Assembly: GCA_030068145.1 (NCBI GenBank)
Contig: JAPJBO010001038.1
Coordinates: 1 to 64,000 of the forward strand
From: Diplonema papillatum
Lineage: Eukaryota
DNA: 64,000 bases
Reading direction: 5' to 3'
The position numbers and the translations under genes were made by a program. The first letter of the stretch is position 1; each line of letters opens with the position of its first letter. The notes under the pieces were generated by a model, which had not been told where the DNA came from, did not search any database, and saw nothing but the letters and a program-made list of their open reading frames with translations. Shown here one piece after another: positions 55,391 to 64,000 of the stretch.

Positions 55391-55900
55391 TCAGGCTGGT
55401 GTGATGTCCAGCTCATTCTTGGAATGTTGCTTTCGCGCCGCGTGCTTTTTGTTGTAACCTCCCGCTGGCAGTGTTGCCGAAGCAGTTGCTCGAGGGTCCT
55501 CGAACCTTCTTGGCACATTTCGCGTCCTCTGCTTTCTCGCGGAGACAGTCGGCACCGGTGACATCAGCTGGGCTCGCTTCCGCCCTTTCCTAGGCCGTGC
55601 TCTAAGTTCGCTCGCTGGCGGGCTTCCGACGTTCTGTTGCGGGAGCTTCTTCGATGGCTCGGTCAGAGCGGGCTTCTTCTTCTTCTTGGCTGCCTTCGGG
55701 ATGCCTGGCACGTCCTCTCCCTTCGTGGCGGTGTGTTCTTTGCTGTCGGTGTCTGTCGACCGACCTTCTGAAGCTTTGTTGGCTTCGGCCTGGGGGGGCT
55801 GGCAGCCCTTCAGCAGCAGGCTGCGGGGGCAGTCACATGGGCCGCGGTCGTGTTCCCGGCGGCCATGGTGGCGGCCGGCCTTGCAGCAGATCGTCGGCAT
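55391..55900 (-). CDS. Hypothetical basic Cys/His-rich protein (possible zinc-binding nuclear protein).
   Basis: 169-aa ORF: a Cys-rich N-terminus (CCKAGRHHGRREHDRGPCDCP) followed by a K/R-rich tail. No confident domain. Confidence 0.25.
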   Translation of the reverse strand: MPTICCKAGRHHGRREHDRGPCDCPRSLLLKGCQPPQAEANKASEGRSTDTDSKEHTATKGEDVPGIPKAAKKKKKPALTEPSKKLPQQNVGSPPASELRARPRKGRKRAQLMSPVPTVSARKQRTRNVPRRFEDPRATASATLPAGGYNKKHAARKQHSKNELDITPA

Positions 55901-56130
55901 GTTGCATTCCGCGCACCTAGTCGTGCGGTGCTTGTCGCATGACCGCCATGGAGGCCGTAGTCGTCAGCGTGGTGGTGTCGGCAGTGTGCCTCCACTCGGA
56001 CCGTGGTGGTACAGAGTGCGCGGCAGACGGAGCTGCGGTGCCGCATTCCACGGCAGAGGCTAACAAAAGAGGCGCATGTGCAGATTTCGAGCAGGTAACT
56101 CGACACGCGCGCCGCAACTCATAATGAACG

Positions 56131-57558
56131 CTACAAAAACAAAAGAACAGGATACCTCTTCTCTGCTGGAATCGAGGCGTGCGAGAGGAGGCACGGCATC
56201 TCGATGACCGAGTTGCAGGAGCCAAAGGATACCGTGATTTTAACGAGGCGGCAGGCGTCGACAACGCGCTGCGACAGCCGCGTGTCACCTGTTTCAAAGG
56301 ACAGGACGGAGCCGCCCCCCCGGGCTTGCTTGCAGTGGAGGTCGTACGAAGCTTTGGATTGGGATAATGGCGATGATTCGGCTTCGTCAAAGAGTCCGGC
56401 GTAGTGCAGGCGCGTGACTTGCGGAACGGTTGAAAGGTACTTTGCAATCTGCATCGCGTTGTATTGCTGCCTCTCGATACGGACGGCAAGTGTCTTGAGC
56501 CCGCGCAGCACCAGCCAAGAGTCGAACGGAGCCAAAGCGGTGCCCTCCGCGTTCTGGAGGAAACCGACTCTTCGGGCCAAGTCCTCCGTCTTCACGCACA
56601 CAACGCCGACCATCGTGTCCGAGTGTCCGTTCAAAAATTTCGTGCCGCTGTGCATGGCGATGTCGGCACCGAGAGTCAAAGGCTGCCACAAGTACGGGGA
56701 CATCATCGTGCTGTCGACACTCACCAAGATATCGTGCTTATGCGCCATCTCTGCCAAGCCACTAAGGTCCGTAATTCTCATGAGCGGGTTCGACGGACTC
56801 TCGATGTGGATCATCTTCGTGACTCCCGGTGAGATCGCGGTCTTCAAAACGTTCAGGTCTGTTGTGTCCACAAACTTCAGCTTGATACCAAACCGGTTGC
56901 ACACCTGCGTCAGTAGACGGTGCATGCCACCGTACAAATCGGAGCATGCGATAATTTCGTCTCCGGAGCTGAACAGCTGTGTGATTGTCGTCAAAGCGCC
57001 CATGCCCGTGGAAAAGGCAAAGGCACTGTGCGCCCGCTCAAGTTTGGCAATGAGGACTTCAAGGGCGGTTCGGGTCGGGTTTCCGGACCTTGTATAGTCG
57101 TACGGCCCGAACTGTTCGATGCTAGGTTGAACGAACGTCGCCGTTTGGTAAATGGGCATTGAGCTCGGGTGGTACGGGTCATTAGGGCAGCCGTCGAAGA
57201 TAACAACTTGGGTTGCAGGGTGTAGGGCTGCCTGCTTTTTGTGGAAGTGCGGTCGCTCGGGGTGCGTGGGCAGGCCGGATGCGTCGAACGAAGACACACT
57301 GCCCATTTTCTCGAAGTTGTGCGGCTCGCAGACGTTGCCAGACTGGTCCAACCAGTCCGGGATAGCATATTGCCAGCTCTCGTCGGCCAGGTGGTCGGCT
57401 ACGGATATCTCGTTGTTCGTCGTCTTCCCGACTTCCTCCAGCAGGCTGGTCAGCCGGCAATTCCGGAACTCCAACATGTCCCGCTCTGACTCGAGCTCCT
57501 TCATCTGCTTCTCGAGCTCGCTGACTCTCCCACGCAGTACTTTGTTTTCCTCTTCCAT
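56131..57558 (-). CDS. Cys/Met-metabolism PLP-dependent enzyme (cystathionine beta-lyase/gamma-synthase/gamma-lyase family) with an N-terminal coiled-coil extension.
   Basis: Family hallmarks: SGNPTRTALE...AFSTGMGAL...DSTMMSPYLWQPLTLGADIAMHSGTKFLNGHSD (PLP-lysine in the SGTKF motif). The N-terminal ~45 aa are heptad-like (LRGRVSELEKQMKELESERDMLEFRN). The true start may lie downstream of this extension. Confidence 0.8.
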   Translation of the reverse strand: MEEENKVLRGRVSELEKQMKELESERDMLEFRNCRLTSLLEEVGKTTNNEISVADHLADESWQYAIPDWLDQSGNVCEPHNFEKMGSVSSFDASGLPTHPERPHFHKKQAALHPATQVVIFDGCPNDPYHPSSMPIYQTATFVQPSIEQFGPYDYTRSGNPTRTALEVLIAKLERAHSAFAFSTGMGALTTITQLFSSGDEIIACSDLYGGMHRLLTQVCNRFGIKLKFVDTTDLNVLKTAISPGVTKMIHIESPSNPLMRITDLSGLAEMAHKHDILVSVDSTMMSPYLWQPLTLGADIAMHSGTKFLNGHSDTMVGVVCVKTEDLARRVGFLQNAEGTALAPFDSWLVLRGLKTLAVRIERQQYNAMQIAKYLSTVPQVTRLHYAGLFDEAESSPLSQSKASYDLHCKQARGGGSVLSFETGDTRLSQRVVDACRLVKITVSFGSCNSVIEMPCLLSHASIPAEKRYPVLLFL

Positions 57559-58552
57559 CGTGTCCCAGAGGATGCACTTCTCTCTTCTGCAATGGTTCGT
57601 TTCTTCCGGATGCCAGTGCTTTCCAGCTCAGTGAAGAGCTGTATTGAACTAATGTTTCATTTCTTCCTGAAGCCGGTGCTCAGTGAAGATATGTACTGAA
57701 CATGCGCTCACACCGGCTCTTGGGTTTCGGCCAACGACCGCTTTCGGGTCTTAGGCGGCCTGTGCTTGGACAGCTTGTGGATGCGTATTTCGTTGTACCC
57801 TCAAAGCTCGGGGCTTTCACATTTTTCGGCATCACTCACAACTTTCCTCGAGACACAAGTGTACCTGCGTCTCAATTCCAAAAGGACCACAGTTAGGTCT
57901 GCGACGAACAACTCCAAGCCACAGCTTCCGTACTAGATCGAAGACTCAACACAGTTTGCCGGCATTACGATCCGGCTTTCAATGAGAAAGAGCAGAGCGG
58001 CCTTCTTGTGGTATCAGGAGAAAAAGGTGAGTTGACACAGGTAGTACAGGTCGGAAGACCTGTGATACACAGAAGTCGACGACACCTCCGGAGAGAAGAG
58101 GGAGTCTGTGAAAGTGGAGCTAAATACGCGGTTGTGGCAAGAGCGTTTTCTTCACATTCTTTTCTTTCGCAGATACGGTTGACAGGGCAGATGACGGCCA
58201 GTTTCGGTCGGAATCATTGCTGGTATCTGCCAACACCAACACGAGTTCTTCGTGTCGGCCGGGATAGCTGGGGATGTAGGTCGGGTCAGGTGCGCTGCGC
58301 AGACAGCGGCTGCTACTCAAATACCGTTGTGTTGTCGCGGTCGCCCGCGATGCTTCGGAATGTACTTGTCGGCACCGGGATGGCGTGGGAGCTTGATTGC
58401 AAATAGAACCAGCCCATTTCCGCCTTGATTTTAGTACTTCATGAAGGTGCAACGAGGTCGGGCGCGTCTGCAGGCCACACGAACTGGAACAGTGTCGTGG
58501 CGTTGGGAAAGGTCCCAGGACGGCGTTTTTCATGCACGCGCGAACCCCGGTC

Positions 58553-59521
58553 TCAAGACGGTCTGGGATATGAGGAAGATGAGTGCTCGGTCAACGAAGA
58601 CGCCAAAAGAGATGTCAGCCCGGGCAAAGGGCGGAGGACTGAAGACAAATGTGTGTGGTGGCGCTGGGGGAGCGGCATGTTCAGAAAGTCACAACAAGAC
58701 TGCAGCAGCCTGTCGCAGGAATGCACACGGTCGGCGTACTGCCTTCGTACCTCAAGTCCAGGTGCTCCCCTTTTGTGCAAGAAGAACCCTGATTCCAGGC
58801 CGGAAGCGACCGTTCGTCTTCTCTCTGGTCCGTCTTTGCCTTCCTGTCGATACCGGCACAAGCTTCCTTGGGGACACACAGAGCGCGGTTGCACCAGTTT
58901 GTGGCACGCATTCGCCTCTTCGTCGGAAATGGCAGCCCGCAGGTGCTGTTCTCGACCCGCTAGCGCATCTAAGGCGTATTGCCTGGACTGCTGTTGATGC
59001 CGTTTGATTTCGGCATCAGCAGCTGCCAGGACAGTCGAGCGTTGTTCGCTGGCGATCCGTCGGGCATCGAGTCTGGCTTGAGAAGCCGCGTGCGCGCGGG
59101 TTCGGAGAGACTGCAGTCCGGTTTCTCGCACAGCAATACTTTCCTCGTGTTCTCTTTGTCGGGCTTCGGTGGTCCCTCTCGACATCACTTTATACAGTGC
59201 GGCGGCGAAGGCGTCTTCGTCTTGCTTTCTGAACAGATAACTCATGTCGTCAAGTTCCTGCAAGCGGTCTTGCTCGCGGCCCCAATGCCGCTCTTCCTTC
59301 AAATCGATAGCCAGCTGAACCCGGAACAGCGCCTGGTTTCGCTCTCTTTCGACGGCCTTCTTCTTCTGTTCTTCCCTCCTACCTGCCGCCCTGCACTCCA
59401 GCCACCGCAGTCGCTCCTCTAGCGCAGCCACTTCTTGTTCATCCGCCCGCTCTACCTCGCCTTTGCACCATGTCACGCCGCGGTCTGCCTGCTCACACTG
59501 GCTTAATACATCGATGCTCAT
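58553..59521 (-). CDS. Hypothetical coiled-coil protein.
   Basis: 322-aa ORF, strongly E/R/Q/A-rich with heptad-like patterning. Coding-like codon bias. No catalytic motifs. Confidence 0.4.
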   Translation of the reverse strand: MSIDVLSQCEQADRGVTWCKGEVERADEQEVAALEERLRWLECRAAGRREEQKKKAVERERNQALFRVQLAIDLKEERHWGREQDRLQELDDMSYLFRKQDEDAFAAALYKVMSRGTTEARQREHEESIAVRETGLQSLRTRAHAASQARLDARRIASEQRSTVLAAADAEIKRHQQQSRQYALDALAGREQHLRAAISDEEANACHKLVQPRSVCPQGSLCRYRQEGKDGPERRRTVASGLESGFFLHKRGAPGLEVRRQYADRVHSCDRLLQSCCDFLNMPLPQRHHTHLSSVLRPLPGLTSLLASSLTEHSSSSYPRPS

Positions 59522-61596
59522 CGACCCCCCACGAACCCCCTACGCCTGATTTAGGTTAAAACGTAGTGCTGTCGCTACTATCAAAACGTGCTCCGCGGGG
59601 TGGACTGTCGTCAACGGAAACACCAAAGCACCGCCCTCCTCCGGATCGGGGACTTGAGAGCCAATGTTTGAGATTCATCGAAAATCAGGAAACGTAACAT
59701 GATCGTTAGGCTGAATATGATCGTTAGGCTAATCTTCTTCCCAAACACGCTGTGTCAGCGTTCTCTATTTGTATCGTGTTTACAATGCATTGTTTGTGTG
59801 TACGTGTGTAAACCCTGTTTTAAGTGATTTCGCACACGCACGCTGCCATCCGACGCTTTGATAATATAATACACACGCAAGCTTGTTACCAGTAGTAGTC
59901 GTAAACCTCCTCCTTTGATCTTTCGCGACTGGCAGTCTTCTCAAGCATTTCCTACAAAGCAGGTGCTTGTACAAAAAGAATAACGTTTCGAGTTTCATGC
60001 GGGTACAAGCTCTAGAAAAGGGTCCAGGGTGTACCTGCTAGGAAGAGTCTGCCACACTTGCCATATTTGGGCCGCCAAGTTCACATCCGCATCGCGGGCT
60101 TCGTGGTTTTGTGCGGTTGATGGGCTTGGTGGTGGTGGTGCCGTGCGCACGGTGTGCTGCTTTGCGCTGATTGTTAAGTGATTTCTCTTCCTTGGGCTTC
60201 CGCAAGCACAACTGGTCGTAGTAGATGGTACACGTTCCAGATGGCACGAACCGGGGATCGGTACTGAAGATCGTGTATCGAGCAAGCTTTTACCCTTATG
60301 CTCTACGCGAGATTTCTCTTCCCGCTGAGCTTGCCTTAGGACACCTGCGTTAATGTGTAACAGATGTGCCGCCCGAGCCAAACTCCCCACCTGACTGGTG
60401 TCTCCAAACGAGGATTCGCGAGCCCAAGCCCGTTTGTCGCTGGAGCACAGCACCCCAGGACTTCCTCGAGACTGCGTCAAGCGTTCTTCCTATCCTGTTT
60501 GGCGTCGAGCACAGTGCCGGTGAAGTTCTTCTACTTCATGCGCTACATCTCCCATTGTACTACTCCGTACTCAACCTTTGCGGGAAATCTCCCACGTCTC
60601 AGTTTGGATTCAGGGGGCAGAAGACGTTCTTTGCCGGCTCGCAGAACGAACGAAGGGGAAACCTGGCGCTTTTCTTTGTGGCGGCGTTAATTGTAGCGTT
60701 TTTAAATCTGGTGGACAGCCAAATCCGCCAGAATTAGAAACGCGTCCGTCCTGTATAATACGTTGGAAGCGTTTGTGAATCTGCTTTTTCTTCTTCTTCT
60801 GTGTTGATAGATGTGTGTCTCTCACAAAGGTCAATGTTGCAATCGTTAGCGGAAAGACAGCGCAACGTGCTTGTTGCAAACGTTCGGAGTCAGAAGGGGA
60901 ACGGTCTTGCGCACGCAGCGTAAGAACAGTCGCTCTACCAGGCTCCCCACTAGTGACTGAAGCCGTCTTCCCAGAAGCTAAAGAATAAGAAGACTCTCTG
61001 TGGGTGGTGACGTACACAATTATTCGCTCACCGAAGACTGTTCTTCGAGAAATAGGAAGTCCGACATGCTTAGAAGAAACCGGAAACCAAGTACGTCGTA
61101 CGATTCGGCGAAACAACCTGTTTCGCAAGTACGGGCGACTAAGATCATAAGCACTGCGCTCTAATTGTGCGAAGAGATAACCGCGCCGCCGGCGATGCAG
61201 ATTATCGCCACGGATTCTTTGTATTCTAACCCAAACTAATTGTGTGGAATCCCCCAAAACCACGAAAAGTGATCCACTCCTCTCGCCCGCCTAGAAGATT
61301 CTAGAAAGCAGCAGGCAGAGCGGTACAAGTAAGTTTTTCTTCAACGAGGCAGCTACTGGCTCTTTTGCAGAAAAAATTGAACTTTCTTCCGCTCAGACCA
61401 AGTTTGGAGTTCATTTTTTGACGTCGTTCGGCGACCTTTGCTGCTCTTAGCATACACCCGGAGATCGTTGGGGATGGCACAGCTCGGAGCTGGATATCAG
61501 CCGCAACGCGGAACATACAGCGAGGATGGCAGCGGGCGACAGATTGGAACTCTGTCCGTCAAAGTCTAGCTGACACGTCCCCTCCAAGATCTAAAG

Positions 61597-61998
61597 CCCC
61601 CCCCCTCGTACTATTTAGGCAGTCGTACTATTTAGGTAAATAGCACGAGCGTTGTTTTTTAAAGGTTTTAACCCATGCACTTTTGTCCACTGTGACTGAA
61701 AAGTGCGGTTTCAGCGTCACTTAGAATTAGAAAAACGGAAGATTTCGGCGGAAACCCCCCAGTTCAGTTTTTTTAGCGACAACCAAGAAAAATGCGGTTG
61801 CATCACTTAGAGTGAGACCTCATGAGGCTCACTCTACATGCCACTGGTTGAATGGTAGTTGAAAAGTGGTTGAATAGTGGTTAAATAGTGGTTAAATAGT
61901 GGCTAAATAGTACGAGTCACTCTGAAACTTTGGGGGGTGTACTTTTAGCTTTTTCAGGAATTATCTGATGTTTTTCACCTAAATCGTACGAGGGGGGG
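61597..61998. mobile_element. Small TIR element (~400 bp): CCCCCCCTCGTACTATTTAGG ... CCTAAATCGTACGAGGGGGGGG.
   Basis: Terminal inverted repeats of ~21 bp including a poly-C/poly-G cap. Internal hairpin agagtgagacctcatgaggctcactct and GTGGTTAAATAGT tandem units. Confidence 0.5.
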
Positions 61999-62287
61999 GA
62001 TTGCAAGAACGTGCTTGGAATGGGTATGTGCTCAACACCGTACTGGTCCCGTCTGCGCCGTGTTTCGGTCCTTTAAGCCACGGCGGACCATCATCAGCGC
62101 GGAACCTGAGTGTCTGCAGACAGGACTGCTGGTTTGTCAGGCGGCTGTTCGTAGCTCGTCACAGCCAGGACCACCCGTGCTACTAGAGCTCAAGCTAATC
62201 CGTCACAGGGAGAAGGCCCCTACAACCGTGTCTGAGCAATCAGTTAAAAAACTCAGGGCACTCGCCCTGATTGTGACTGCGACTCGC

Positions 62288-63340
62288 TAGGGGGGGGGGG
62301 GGGGGGGGGGTGTAGGTCTAATTTAGAGATTCGTGTCGAGTTTGGTGACGCGAATCTAGTGATGCAGCGCCGAATTTAGTGATGCAGGCCGAATTTGGTG
62401 ACGTCGAACTTAGTGACACCGCGCCGAATTTAATGGTGGAGGGCCGAATTTAGTGATGAAAGGCCTAATTTAGTGATAAAACGCCGAATTTAGTGATGCA
62501 GCGCCGAATTTAGTGATGCAGCGTCGAATTTGGTGACGTCGAATTTTGCCGAATTTAGTGATAAAACGCCGAATTTAGTGACACAACGCCGAATTTAGTG
62601 ACGCAGCGCCGAATTTAGTGACGCAGGTCGAATTTAGTGATGCAGCGTCGAATTTAGTGATGAAAGGTCGAATTTGGTGACGCCGAATTTGGTGACACAG
62701 CGCCGAATTTGGTGACGCTGAACCCTCGAATTTAGTGATGCAGCGTCGAATTTAGTGATGCAAGGTCGAATTTAGTGATGCAAGGTCGCATTTGTTGCAG
62801 ATTATTTTTCATATGCGGGTTTGCGGGTCTGGGTATGCGGGTTGGCGGCTGGGTATGCGCAACATAACCCCACAAGTTGTACCAAAAAACCCAGAGTCTT
62901 GAACCAATCATTCCCCCACGATCTGTAAATCCGGCCCTGTGTCACCAAATTCGACACCCTCCGTCACCAAATTCGATTTTGCGTCACCAAATTCGACCAA
63001 ATTCGACACCTTTCGTCACCAAATTCGACTCTGCATCACTAAATTCGATGACTTTGGCATTTCATACCCAAAATCGACGTCACCAAATTCGACTCGCCAT
63101 CACTAAATTCGGCTCTGCATCACTAAATTCGGCGTTTTATCACTAAATTCGGCCCTCCGTCACTAAATTCGGCCATGCGTCACCAAATTAGACGTCACCA
63201 AATTCGGCGCTGTGTCACTAAATTCGGCGTTGTGTCACTAAATTCGGCGCTGCGTCACTAAATTCGGCGTTGCATCACTAAATTCGGCGTCACCAAATTC
63301 GACCCGAATCTCTAAATGAGACTGACCCGGGGGGGTAGGG
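62288..63340. mobile_element. Foldback-like element (~1.05 kb). Left arm is a ~20-bp tandem (CGAATTTAGTGATGCAGCGC)n. Right arm is its reverse complement (GTCACCAAATTCGAC)n. Capped by poly-G/poly-C tracts.
   Basis: 62330-62800 and 62930-63310 are reverse-complementary arrays. 62320-62345 (tctaatttagagattcg) is inverted at 63300-63320 (cgaatctctaaatgaga). G22 at 62288-62318 and G-rich run at 63322-63340. Confidence 0.7.
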
Positions 63341-63687
63341 GGGGGCAAACTCTGTTTTCTTCGCCACTTAGCCTTTTTCTCGCGTTATGGTGAATTTTAG
63401 GGCAATCTTTGAAAACCAACTGCATTTTTTCGGTACATGATGACTTTGTGGGGGGTGTTTGGCAGTCTGTGGTGCATAATTGTGCCCTCTTGTGCCTTTT
63501 TGAGGCATTTTCAGCCCCTTATAGGCCTCGGTCGCTCGGGGGGTCACAAGTTGTCGTGTGCAGCACCTGTGGTCCTGATCTTGTCGAAAACACCCGAATC
63601 TGGTTCTAATCCACAGCAGTGCCCTCACCGGTGACTGGCGGGTGCGAAAAGTTGGAAAAACAGGCCAAAACCACCAGTTTTATGGCC

Positions 63688-63830
63688 AGATTCACTAAAT
63701 AGCCCGCCAGATTCACTGAATAGCCGGTCGGATTCACTAAATAGCTGGTCAGATTCACTAAATAGCTGCTAAATAGCCGGTCGGATTCACTAAATAGCTG
63801 GTCAGAATCACTACATAGATGGTCAGACTT
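63688..63830. repeat. ~21-bp tandem repeat (GGTCAGATTCACTAAATAGCT), ~6 copies. Possibly the arm of another Foldback-like element that extends past the window.
   Basis: Direct reading of the periodic units. Confidence 0.7.
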
Positions 63831-64000
63831 ACTGAATTTCCAGAAAAATGACAGAATTTCCGCTTCACCACCCTGAAATGCAGATATACAGACGAAATGC
63901 CACTAGAAACAATGAACCGGTGTCTGAAGTGCGGTCATTTGTCCACCAGACAGGTGAAGGGTGCAAGAGCTGGAGTAAACGGGATAGGAGGGATGGACGT

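Overview
This window is eukaryotic nuclear DNA, not prokaryotic. It is GC-rich (codons prefer NNC/NNG) and very repeat-dense. Every ORF that carries a recognisable domain lies on the minus strand. That fits a directional, polycistronic-like gene cluster of the kind seen in trypanosomatids and other euglenozoans, with a T. cruzi-like flavour: a DIRS-type VIPER-like retrotransposon bounded by split SIRE-like modules, and kinetoplastid-like rRNA signatures. Possible GT/AG junctions and a gene scattered in colinear pieces keep an intron-bearing protist possible.

Credible genes, all on the minus strand:
- A full-size, intronless peroxisomal-type ABCD transporter (1314 aa) with a KH-like insert in NBD2.
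- A Cys/Met-metabolism PLP enzyme of the cystathionine lyase/synthase family.
- A secreted EGF-like plus DxD glycosyltransferase-like protein.
- A PDZ-RING protein.
- A coiled-coil protein.
- A RE/His-rich low-complexity protein.
- A TEP1/Ro60-like TROVE–vWA–DUF4062–P-loop gene. Its domains appear as at least 6 colinear same-strand blocks over about 13.5 kb (19.5 kb down to 6.0 kb), separated by tandem arrays and MITEs and ending at the DIRS element.

Mobile and repeat content:
- A complete DIRS-like element (gag-CCCH, tyrosine recombinase, RT/RNase H) at 1777–6028.
- A Tc1/Stowaway-like MITE family with TA target-site duplication (5 copies).
- At least 2 Foldback-like elements whose arms are built from 20–25 bp subrepeats.
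- A 632-bp ×4 tandem array, plus 95-bp, 33-bp and ~125-bp tandem arrays.
- Several dispersed SINE-like families.
- Two tRNA-derived Pol III elements (A and B boxes, T-run) that do not fold as tRNAs.
- Scrambled degenerate SSU/LSU rRNA fragments.
- Long poly-G/poly-C tracts.
- A recurring ~20-nt motif 50–140 nt upstream of several gene starts.

No CRISPR arrays or prokaryotic features. The ORF track uses alternative start codons, so a leading M is not reliable.
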